Below, in pieces: positions 51,410 through 62,845 of a stretch of DNA of 64,000 nucleotides (its first letter is position 1; the number at the start of each line of letters is the position of its first letter). The stretch comes from Ophelia neglecta. Its lineage: Eukaryota. The DNA is taken from NCBI GenBank assembly GCA_965285935.1, contig OZ260664.1:4774001-4838000 (forward strand). The letters run 5' to 3'. The notes beneath the pieces are model-generated. The model had not been told where the DNA came from. It ran no database searches and was given only the letters and a program-made list of their open reading frames with translations. The position numbers were made by a program, and so were the translations under genes.

Positions 51410-52790
51410 GCCAGTACCCGACAGTTACTCCTAGTCTTTCCGAGAGCTTGCTTACAGGTCCCAGATAATTCCACGACAGCTCCCGGACGGATGTCAGGCA
51501 GCTTCCAAATACTTTTCAAAATTTCCCCGCCGCTGACAGCTTTCAGACCCTTCCCATAGAGTTTCGCCGACGCTCCCGACTGCTTCGCGTTAGCGTATAG
51601 TACTAAGACTGTCCCCCGACGCCCCCCGACGCCTTCTCGATACCTTTCACACTAGACCCAGATAGCACTAAGACTGTCCCCCGACGCTCCCCGACTACTT
51701 CTCGATAGCTTTCACACTAGACCCAGATAGCACTAAGACTGTTCACGGACGCCCCCCGACGGCTTCTCGATAGCTTTCACACTAGACCCAGATAGCACTA
51801 AGACTGTCCCCGACGCTCCCTGATATGTTCTCGATACCTTTCATACTAGACCCAGCTAGTACTAAGACTGCCCCCCCCCCTATACGCCCCCCCCCCCCCC
51901 CGACCCTTTCTCGAGACTGTTCCCGGACGCTCCCTGGACCCAGATAGTACTAAGACTGTTCCCGGACGTTCCCTGGACCCATATAGTACTAAGACTGTTC
52001 CCGGACGCTCCCTGGACCTATATAGCACTAAGACTGTTCCCGGACGCTCCCTGGACCCATATAGTACTAAGACTGTTCCCGGACGCTCCCTGGACCCATA
52101 TAGCACTAAGACTGTTCCCGGACGCTCCCTGGACCCATATAGTACTAAGACTGTTCCCGGACGCTCCCTGGACCCATATAGTACTAAGACTGTTCCCGGA
52201 CGCTCCCTGGACCCATATAGCACTAAGACTGTTCCCGGACGCTCCCTGGACCCATATAGTACTAAGACTGTTCCCGGACGCTCCCTGGACCCATATAGTA
52301 CTAAGACTGTTCCCGGACGCTCCCTGGACCCATATAGTACTAAGACTGTTCCCGGACGCTCCCTGGACCCATATAGTACTAAGACTGTTCCCGGACGCTC
52401 CCTGGACCCAGATAGTACTAAGACTGTTCCCTGACCCTCCCTGATATGTTCTCGACAGCTTTCACACTAGACCCAGATAACACTAAGACTGTTCCCGGAC
52501 GCTCCCTGGACCCATATAGCACTAAGACTGTTCCCGGACGCTCCGTGGACCCATATAGCACTAAGACTGTTCCCGGACGCTCCCTGGACCCATATAGCAC
52601 TAAGACTGTTCCCGGACGCTCCCTGATATGTTCTCGATACCTTTCACTATATTCCCACACAGTTCTGCGGACGCTCCGCGATAGCTTTCCGAGAACTCGC
52701 CTACAGCGATCGGACAGCGCAACGCTGTCACCCCAGCAGGTCTCTCATAGACCGCTGCCAGCGTGCCTCAGCTGAGAGCTCCCGGCATAT
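51410..52790 (+). repeat. Composite satellite: degenerate ~11-bp flanks, 65-bp units, and a homogeneous 39-bp core (GACTGTTCCCGGACGCTCCCTGGACCCATATAGTACTAA)
   Basis: 65-bp period at 51661/51726/51791; about 13 near-identical 39-bp units at 51915-52430 and 3-4 more at 52487-52625. Confidence 0.98.
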
Positions 52791-53092
52791 TATTCCTCTC
52801 AGTTTAATAGTTTTTTATTGCGGTACGTTGCTTCCTTATTCCTTCTTTCCTTCCTTCTTCTCTTCCTAAGAGCAAATTATTCTTGCGCGTCTTGTAAACC
52901 ATCCACCTTTCCCTTTTTAGTTAGTTATTTTTCCCATTATTGCCCATGTGCCCGGGTTAAACAAAGCATGCCATGATTTTGTCTAATGGCTGCTGCCTCT
53001 CTGAATAGAGCGGGCACTGAAAGACACAAAAGGGCTGTAATGAGGAGAGTCGGTAGGCGGTTTGTTGATGTACTTCCTTGTATCATACTCTA

Positions 53093-53171
53093 AGAAGATA
53101 TATCACCCTTCACTAGGAAGATATATCCCTACTCTGGGAAGATTTATCACCCTACTCTGGGAAGATATATC
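53093..53171 (+). repeat. 21-23-bp minisatellite (GAAGATATATCACCCTACTCTGG), ~3.5 units
   Basis: Direct inspection. Confidence 0.85.
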
Positions 53172-54246
53172 TGTTCTTCAAATTTATTTCTCAGAAACAT
53201 GCAGGAGACACTGCTGTTGATGATAACCTGCAGGAAAGATTTCTACACAGCATAGAATACTTTGTTACATATTTTGTGATTAGACACCACACCCGATAGG
53301 AGCAGAAATGCCATTTCTGAGCCTCAAGCTAGCCAGCTGATTGTAGAAGGCGCTAGTAATAAAATCAAGATGGCGCACAAAGGAAAACTGGGCGCGCCGG
53401 AGCAATTTAAGTGGAATTGATTTGTCCTTTACACACTCAGGTGTGTTGTAATATTACGAGCCAATAATCTCTAACCTTTCTCACACGTTAACACAATGAA
53501 ATATGACTCATTCATCAATTCATCATCACACCTAGAGGTGTAGTTCAGCCATTATTCAAATGGCTTCTTCCGTTTCCTGTATTAACCGTTGTGATTGATT
53601 GATCTCTCATTATTAAGCAACAATGCGTAAAATAAATTCTCAGACATTCTTACAAATATTTTTTGCTAATTCACCTTTTAAAACATTATAACCATTCCAT
53701 AGAATATTAATATCACAGAATTGTCTCTGTGTAATCATTATGATCGGCAAACAATATGGCGTTCTATTCTCCATTATTATAATGTTTACATGCTCTAGCC
53801 ATTACCTCCCATCGAGCCTACGCACAAAGGGAGGGGTATCTGATATCCCGTATTGTCCTCCACAATGATGTCTCCGGCCTAGTGTATTATGTCAAGCCAG
53901 GCCCGATTGATTTGTACGTAAATACTGACCGGCGACAATCGCCGCCTCTCTGTGCATGTATTTATCACATACCACTCCTTTACAGAACGACCCCACCAGT
54001 AATATAACAGACATTTAATGATACACTGGCAAACACAGATTTTACAACGGTGACCATTCATCTCATGATACCATTTACACATAGTAAATACTGGGGGTGA
54101 ATTGGCCAATTAAATAACAAGCGCATTTAACATTGGGCAGCGTCCAGCGTCCACTCTCGGTGTGTCTGTTTGATTTACTATACAGTTGATTACCTTCAGG
54201 ACGATACCGATAGTATGTCCCTTCATTATCTTCAATAATACACCTG

Positions 54247-54444
54247 GGCCCGCACTCTGCAAGCAGTCTTATATCTAAATCGAGGATTAAAATCAGGATT
54301 TAAGTGCTTAATCCGTCTAAGGTTTCTAAGCGGGGTTTCTAGAAGCTTGATTTGGTGGTAAACATTGCCATTTTGTTCTGAAAGATAATCATGGAGAATT
54401 AATACGGCTCACCTAATAGGTTATAGGCTAATCTGATCATAAAC
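54247..54444 (+). mobile_element. MITE family H1, right end truncated
   Basis: CTG|GGCCCG start; ATCAGGATT, CGGGGTTTCTAGAAGCT and ATAGGCTAATCT core. Confidence 0.75.
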
Positions 54445-55363
54445 GTATCTAAATGTGTACGATGATCGGGAAATTCCCCATAATTTAAAGATCCGGAAAA
54501 AGTTTCCTTGACGTAGCTCTACATTGCCTAGGACATCACTACACCAACCCAATGTCGAGATGTCTCGTTGATCTTATACAGTGAAAAACTGACTCGTCCA
54601 GTATCCGATTGGTAGATATTACTTGGGCTAATAGTACTCGAGGTTGTGCCTTTACAACTTCTTATGCCATTGTTGTTTAAGACCTATATGCTTGGAGTCT
54701 CTTGTCCCCTGGAGACCACGGTAATCATTGTGTGTCCTAACATATACAGAGAAGAGGGTTAAATAATTACAGTGTTAATAGCTTGTTAGAGCGTCCGAAT
54801 TGCCACCAAAGGAAAGCTTGATCTCTGTTTTCTCTGTTATAATGATCGGGTTTGCCCAAAGACTTGTTCGAAATTATTGCTGTACAGCAATGTTACTGCA
54901 TTTGTTTGACCGATATTCAGACCAAACATTCGCCACATTACATAGTTCCACGCGTTCAGGTCTTCACAGGAATGTTGATGACTGCTGATAAGTGTCAACC
55001 CATTTATAGGAGAGACTCTCAAACCTAAAGGAATTTTAACCTCTTCAGGTACTACCGATGATAAATTGAATTGTAATGAAGTGCAGTTGGTGTACTTGGA
55101 GCGTGTCCACTCAATTGATAATGGTCTACTGATCATAGGGCTAACAAAGCACGGAGATTTCAGTGGAGACCGCCGCAGTCAGCTTGTGAGATGACCTCAG
55201 ACAGCTAATGCATACCATGTTAATACCTCATCTATCGTGTTTGACTACAGGCTTCTAGCTGCCTTTAGTCTTGTAGTATGTTAGTAAAGTCAAGGAGCAA
55301 ACGCTTCAGCTTGATATGTCTTCATTATGCCGCCATGGGAGAGTTTATTCATTTGTACCTATA

Positions 55364-55642
55364 GGGCCGGGTGTTAACAGATACTTAGACTTAAAACTTG
55401 TTTCCATAGTTTCAGACTAAGAATTGAACTTCTGACTTCAAATTAAATGACTAAGACCAAAGTGTTTTTTTAAAGTGTCTAAGGCTTAAGTCAAGTGTGA
55501 TTTTAGACTTCGACTTTTCTTAAGACTACTAAGTATATCTGTTAGACTCGCTACTTGACTTAAGATTGAAAAAGACTGAAGTCAAAAAGAAGTCGAAGTC
55601 GAAAATTTTACTTCGAGTCAAGAATCTTTTAACAATCGGCCC
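55364..55642 (+). mobile_element. MITE family H2 (PIF/Harbinger-like), full length
   Basis: GGGCCGGGTGTTAA / TTAACAATCGGCCC|CAG TIRs, with internal GACTT/AAGTC subrepeats in palindromic arrangement. Confidence 0.85.
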
Positions 55643-55933
55643 CAGGTCATGGTAAGGCGCTGTTATGAGCTGTTATAAGATGTTTATAATAACCATTATC
55701 ACAAATAGTTTGATGTTCATTAGAAGATATTTTGGTTAACTTCAATGAATAATTTAGTTTACATCATAGGAATGATTTGCATTTCTAAGACTAGGTGATA
55801 GTGTAAGCACACTGGAGCAAAACAGTAGAATTTGAAGTGACCAATAAAAGCCATTTTGTGAATTGTAAAGCCCTAATATCAATTTCAATTTACATAAAAC
55901 AAGCTTCCAGGAATGTATGCCAACTTAAGGGTA

Positions 55934-55984
55934 AAAACGTGTACGTACTTAAGTATGAAAACGTGTACGTACTCAAGTATGAAA
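55934..55984 (+). repeat. 24-bp tandem duplication (AAAACGTGTACGTACTYAAGTATG x2)
   Basis: Direct inspection. Confidence 0.9.
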
Positions 55985-56050
55985 TCTTAGGGAAAACCAA
56001 CTATCAACTCAGTTTTTTACTAAAGGGTAAAATTCTAGATTAATGTTTAG

Positions 56051-56384
56051 GTTGGTTGGTTTGGTTGTTTGGGGTTTTAACGTGGCTTTCAACACTTATC
56101 GGTCATATCGCCACGGTGCCTACTTGTGACAGTGGGCTCAATGCCCTCTTTAGAGTGCTGCCTCACTGGAGTACCTGCCGTAGACACCAGACAGGGAACC
56201 CCACCCAGTCACATTATACTGACACCGGGTTGACCAGTCCTGATACTACCCCCGAAATACCGGGCGCCTGGCAGGGGCTATCAGTACCAATTTTTACGTC
56301 TTGGGTTTGACGCGATCGAGCTTCGAACACCGATCTCCAACTTGCGAGGCGGACACCCTAACCACTCGGCCACTATTTGGCGGT
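56051..56384 (-). mobile_element. Full-length tRNA-derived SINE with a Meta-type central domain
   Basis: Minus strand: A box TGGCCGAGTGG, B box GTTCGAAGC, central GGACTGGTCAACCCGGTGTCAGTATAATGTGACTGGGTGG (Meta-domain-like, recognised from memory), and an (AACC)n tail. TSD GATTAATGTTYAG at 56038-56050 and 56385-56397. Confidence 0.93.
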
Positions 56385-59300
56385 GATTAATGTTCAGCAA
56401 GGCTCGTTTGGTGAATCTTCTCCATTGCTAAAAGGTTAGAGGCGATACATAGCAATGTAATTAAATTTGGTTTATTCTTTTCCAGAACTATATTTCAAAC
56501 GTCATTTGATGTTTCAACTGCTGATACTTATAACGTTTGTAGTGAACTGTGAGTTTTCTATAAAATGGATTGTGGTAAGGCATGAATGTACCTCATCAAC
56601 GTGTCATGTACCTTGATTAATGGAGACCAATATTTATTTCCTGAAAGAAACTCCATTTGTACCTTTCAATGATAAACATGGATCGTCTTGTAGAGAGTCA
56701 AAGGTTACTGTGAAGTCCTTAATTTTTTATTTGAACCTTTTCCACCACATTAAACCCCAAACATCACACAGTAATGTCCGTTCATCCGTCTTCCCACCTA
56801 CAGTAGCTCCATAAGGATGCAATATCGTCATTTTCCACCACACAGACAAACTAAATAGCCTTTGTATCTCAACTCAGACAGATATAACATACAGTGAGAG
56901 TCGTGGACATTTCAAGGGCATCTATACAAAATGAAGTGGAGTGCAATGTAAACGAGTTCCGTGCTCCCGTTAACAGTACAGGGATCTTGTTACCGGTGAT
57001 CTTACAGTCCATCTCAGGTCAATAGTAAGAATATAAACTGAACCTGTGGGCCACATATGATGAACAGATGACAGAAAATAATAAGATATTGCGCAATTAT
57101 ATTTATAGTAGTCAATCTGTTCTAGGATTCACATGAACAGAGTTAATGAATTGCGTAGGTTTTCTGTGAATTGTGTGGACCTAGATTAAAGTGCATGTAG
57201 CTAGAATAGGACCCGCCATTTTAGCGGTTTATATCACTTTTACAACTATAATGTTTGAACATAAAACAAATTTTTTAGATTATACTAATTAAAACACTAA
57301 AATGAACATTAGTTTGTTAATTCCTTGTTTTTAACATAAAGGTTTACAACATCGCTTAATTTCAGAATTGTTGGACCGTATAATGATGTGACATTTCCTT
57401 ATGGAACCAGTTATCAATTAAAACAATAACCTCATCCTCAACACTCCCTCTCCAATATCATTAGTTAAGAAAAGTCCTTCAAATTGGTCCGAAATCATCA
57501 GGAAACAGCAATAACAACCCCACACTTGTCAATTCATCAATCTCCAAGTCCCAAACAGTAAACAAACATGTAAAAATATAATTCTGAAACAAAAATATTG
57601 ATATCATTTGCAAAAAGAAGTAGTCAACAGTTTTCAATGATGCGGGTCAGATAAAAAAAACAAGCAAGCTGTCAACATTCGACAGATATGCAATATGTCC
57701 CAAGAGAGGCTATGACGGTGTAAACCCTCTCATAATATGCAGATACTATAGATGAAAGTGTCCCCGTGAACACTAGACCAAAGAGAGGTGTTAAAGCTCC
57801 CTGGTCACAGATACATTTGTTCGTTCATGTCAATTATACATTTTAACATTCGTCGGTTGTAACACGGCTTTTTGGCAACATATAAATATACAACAGCTTT
57901 GGGATACAATGCAAATTACATTCTGGGGTGCAAAACACAGTACTTGCCTTGTGCTTACAGTCAATGGTTATTCTGGAATGCTATAATCAAATACCATGCT
58001 TTTCCGCCAAATTAACTTTAAAAGCATAACGCAGTGAACTTCGACCATGCGCATTTAAGCAATACCAAAATAGTGTCTCGAGGATATCAGATTTTAGTTC
58101 CTACAGAACAGACATAATTAAAACCCATTTGTGCCACAACCAGAACAAATCAAACCAGATATTGGATTGCTAGGAAAACGCCACTAAATATTTCCACACA
58201 AGCATAAGGCATGGTTATAGGAAAGGAAGTTCTTGCCCCTTACCCCCCCCCCCCCCCACACACACACACATACCCTCCACTGCACTCCACGGACCTCCAA
58301 GTACAGGGATGTTAAGGGTACATTACGTAGATAAGGATGTTGGTTAAAATCGTAATTACTGTTGAAAATTGTTAGTTAATGAAGATAATTATTTAAGTAT
58401 GTTTCTGCTGTGTTTGTTATGGCAGTAGATATGTCATCAGATGTCAGGGAGTCTGAGTTTGTATTGCAGGACGCCCGAGGGTATGGGTGGAAGGGGGTTA
58501 TATCTGGTACGTTGGTATCTGTGAAGGGTACATTAGGTACAGGAAACGGGTTGACTGATCGCTTAGTGGGTGGTGTCTTCACTGATTGTTGTCAGGCGGC
58601 AAAGTGAAATATAGCGCCATTAGCAATGCAAGACATTGATAAAAGTTGTTGTTAAAAAGATCATGAAATACCTTGACTGTGCTATTTTTGGCAAGGAGAA
58701 TGTATATGTATTTTAGGTAATGATGGTGAAGGGTTTTAGTCGAACAATCCTATGTACATTTAGTATATTATTGTGGCAGTCGTGAGTTCTAGTACTATTC
58801 ACCTGCTGCATGTCTTACTGCCAACATCACGTTTCTTAAACATCAAAAAAGTGAAATCTACCTTGCAACTGCACTTTTTAGAGGCTTCAGTTGACAACCT
58901 TCCGCCTGCTCACTTATTTGTGCTGGCGTTCACATGCTGTTTTTGTATTACTTGTATTATCATACCAAATAATGTTCCATTGCCCATATATTTACACCGT
59001 CAGTCTTCTCATTGATGAACCCACACAGCGCACAGGATTTACAGACGTGTTCGGACGATAATAATCAGTCTCAAACCATCAGAATAAAAACCTAATCAGA
59101 CCATAGATAGGTCGCGAGCTTATAAAGCTAGCTCAAGATTATATGCTTTATCTGGAGAAACTCTGCTTCTACATATATACTGTGGCCGGTTCATCCCATT
59201 AAGTGACAAAAATGCGCTCCAACTCTGAAATCTACCAAAGAAGCTCCACAAGGAATGCCCCTTAAAGCGATGATGTTAAATCAGGAGTTAGCTCCTTTAA

Positions 59301-61677
59301 AGCTGTGTACGTGTGGTGGTAGTCATTCAAGCCTCTTTCACTTAAAACCGTTGACATGCGCAAGAGCAAACAATTCTTATCATGAACACTATATCCTCAT
59401 TCCAAGTCGCATGGTTTTTTCTTAATTGCTCGTTCCATTTAGGTCTAATTACATGCAATATCAGATTCATTAACCTATGCCCTTTTCTTAAATTATATCA
59501 TTACTGCTGCGACAGGGAGCGTCATGTTCTGCACAAGGACGTTTAACTGGCTCCTACAATTATCGAGTTTTCTTTAAACTGTGTTCCGTGACAGTCTGCC
59601 CACTTAGAGTCACACTTGGATTATTTCGACACCTTAGCTATTTGCTGTCTAATTAAGTCCCAGTCCTTTCATTAGCCATGGTGCATCGGCTTTAAGGCAA
59701 CCCTTTCAATAGAGAGACATTCGGCTGAGCTGACTCACTTGGAGATCAATGCATTACCAATGTTTCACGTAAGTTCGTACGAAGCTTGGACTGGTCGCTT
59801 AGAATTACCAATACAAAGAAACTCGGATCTGGATTTTTTAACTGTTCAGTGAAATGTGAACTTATTATTTCGGAGTTTCATAGTCCCCCAAGTCTGTATT
59901 ATTAAGTTGGGATGACACTTAACCCCCGGCTTTGGCGGAAATTTGAGGTTCATTCTAGTTGGTTTGAGTTAGTCATGTTCCCAGGCACCCGTGGCTTAAT
60001 ACACCAGAGACCGGAATGATATTTTATATTGTATCTACGTTCTTGTTCCCCATCTTATCATATCAGTTTCACAAAGCCATTGCGGGCTTTATTAAAATGA
60101 TCAGTTATGTCAATTTGACAAAGTGCATTTACAGTCCTAGTGAAATCGGGGTCTCTTTGCGTGGTGTCAATATTTGCAACCTGATAAAAACTACAATGTA
60201 TTGTTCTCTTAGAGCAGACGTCGCCGGCTGTGCCTTCTTCATGGTTCATTATAATAGTCAAATATCAGATCGTTTAGAACGAGCTTGGCTTAAAATGACT
60301 ACGGCGTTGTCTACTAGAATTGCGAGTCGGAGTGTGATTCATTAATACCGCCTGGCTTTCCTTCTTTTACGGCAGATTCCAATATCAGGGTGCTGCATGC
60401 TTTTTGTAAATCATAGCATTTGATTTATACCAAAAGGGCACTCAAATCGTCTGGCGCTTATTTCTTTTACATGCGAAGCTCCCTGCAGCGCAAAGGCCAA
60501 ATATGATTTTGCTAATACAACATTCCTATATCCAATAAAACCACAAAGACCATATAAAGAGTTAACTTGGGCTGTAAAAATGGCTGGTCCCTTGGAAACA
60601 GGATAATAACGTATTTAAAACTAAGGTACCAAGGCTCAAAAGGCCATTTTTTCGGTTTGAATGGATTCCTTGACTGAACGCTGACGATATGTGCAAATAT
60701 GGAGTTATAATCATTGTACCTATGTTCTTGGCATCGAGGATGGTACCTTTTAACGTATATTTTTCAGTTTTCTATTATTATCAAATCGTCCTTTCCGTTA
60801 TTACTGTGTAGGTCTCTATCTGAATGAAAAGTTATACCTTTTATATCGTTAAAGGTTGTAAAGTTGTCATATGCACATTTTCTTGGACTGCGCATCACAA
60901 TTACATGTCCTTTGATCCATTATTCATTCGGTGTAACTGAGATTGACACTGTACAGTATGCCTAATGTCAAATTCCCACTCCTGCGTTTTACTGGAAAGC
61001 CCCTGCGTGCGCGACCTAATTTTACCCGTTCTACTTAGGAATTCCTACAGAAGTACCAATGAAATATTGCATTTATAGGATTTGAATTTCGCACCAAGTT
61101 CTACCAGTAGCCATATTTCCCACCTTAAAGCCTTATTGCAATTATAGATACAGCGGTCTACAAGAGGTTGGTAGGGCCACTTTCAGCTGTGTGTGGGGAT
61201 AAAACATTGGGAACTATTTAACTGGCATTTTATTCCTACGGGTTAAAGTGACTGAAACAGAGCAAGTGACTGAATATTCAGATGACTTATATACAGAAAG
61301 AGCTTTCCCAATGTGTGATTTCTATAATGGTCTGATGCCTTCATGGATTATAAATTGCTCAGATATCTGTTTGTTGCTGCCAGGTATCCCTAATTCATCA
61401 TAGGCAGCCCAACCGTCATTACATACCCCCTGCCCTGGCCGCCAGTTGGCTGGCATCTGTAACCGCGACATTTATTTCCATTAATCCTTGATCCAATTTA
61501 GTTTCTTTCTGCTTACAAATGCCATGGAATACTGGCCATGAGGAGCCTTAATAGATGATCCCCTCGACCCAGTTTGTGTGATGCATCCTATTTATTGCTA
61601 ACCTAATGTATCTTAAAGTGCCAGGTGCCGCCTGTTCAGTTGGTTATGGTGATTGGCCTGGGAGCCGGTCAGTTAAA

Positions 61678-62130
61678 AGAAGAGAGACGGGGCGAGAGAC
61701 GGGGCTAGGTGGGGTAAAAGAAGGGAAGAGAGGGGTGGAGAGGGAGCTAGGAGGGGGAGGGAGGGGAGGAGAAGGATCCAGGTTGGGGAGAGATGGGAAG
61801 AGAGGGAGCTAGGAGGGGGGAGAGGGGGGAGAGGGGGGAGAGGGAGATAGGAGGGGGAGAGATGGGAGGAGAGGGCCCTATGTGTCGGGGAGGGGGAGGA
61901 GATGCAGCTAGGCGAGGGTGAGAGGAGAGGAAAGGGAGCTAGGGGAGGGAGAAGGGGAGGGAAAAGGGGAGGGGGAGCTAAGAGGGGGAGAAGGGAGGAG
62001 AGGAAGCTAGGTGCGGTAGAGAGGGGTAGAGAGGGAGCTAGGAGGGGGAGAGAGGGGAGGAAAGGGTTCTCGGTGAGGGAGAGAGAGGAGGAGGAGAGGT
62101 ACTAGGTGGGGGAGAGATAGGGAGAAGGGA
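61678..62130 (+). repeat. G/A-rich polypurine low-complexity tract with recurring GAGGGAGCTAGGAGGGGGAG
   Basis: About 450 bp of almost only G and A; the RGG-like ORFs are a consequence of this composition. Confidence 0.95.
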
Positions 62131-62698
62131 GTGTTGTAATAGAACGGGAGTCGATGTTTGTCCCTTGAACCTACAAAGTGTAAATAGTTCGGCTTCAACA
62201 AGTATTAATGTATAAGTTCACAATTGAATTTCAATACAATTTATTGTTTTGCAACCTATTATGTAGCGTGTTAAACATGAATTGAGCAAATGAAAGCTCT
62301 CTATGGAAATAAAAACCAGGTTTTCCTGGATCAAACATGTCTCTTCGGTGATGTAGAAAACTTCATGTTTAAATAGACTCTATCAGTGGGGCGGATTATA
62401 ATTTTCAATAATTGAACCATTTAATAGAAGTGAATACTTAAGTTTCCCTGTCCATTTGTGAATATTGAGCTGCTACCAATAGTAAAAGTGCTGTTATTAT
62501 AGGTGAAAACTTCCCTTTAGTGTTCACACCTGTGCGGAAATCATTGATCCCCAGTACAATACGCCTGCCTGCTAACGGTATTGATGGTGTATTGATGGTC
62601 TGTCCTTTACAAACCCTGCCTGTTGTTAATGACACCAGTACATTGATCAGCCGTTACACCTCCCCAGGTGATACTACCAATTGTCCATTAGATCTTGT

Positions 62699-62845
62699 CA
62701 CGTGTCTTATGTCCGGTGTACAAGTCGAGTTGTATGTCCAGGAGTAGGGAGCCAGATACACGTCTCTTATGTCCGGTCTACAAACCGAGGTGTATGTTCA
62801 GGAGTAGGGAGCCAGGTACACGTCTCTTATGTCCCGTCTACAAGC
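62699..62845 (+). repeat. 60-bp tandem repeat, ~2.5 units, followed by a C/T-rich tract to ~62940
   Basis: CACGT.TCTTATGTCC at 62699, 62759 and 62819. Confidence 0.92.

Noticed and set aside
56300-56384. tRNA gene on the minus strand
   Set aside because: It has A and B boxes but no complete cloverleaf; it is the head of a TSD-flanked SINE.
57121-57185. Possible pre-miRNA hairpin containing TTGCGTAGG (miR-242-like start)
   Set aside because: The stem is imperfect, the motif lies in the loop region, and similarity stops after 9 nt.
58376-58607. Opposing ORFs with protein-like composition (MKTPPTKRSVNPFPV...)
   Set aside because: Short, with no recognisable domain, no good splice acceptor, and no conserved frame seen in the paralogous units.
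61606-62105. RGG/Arg-Gly-Glu-rich ORFs
   Set aside because: Translation of a purine-rich low-complexity tract, in which stop codons are compositionally rare.
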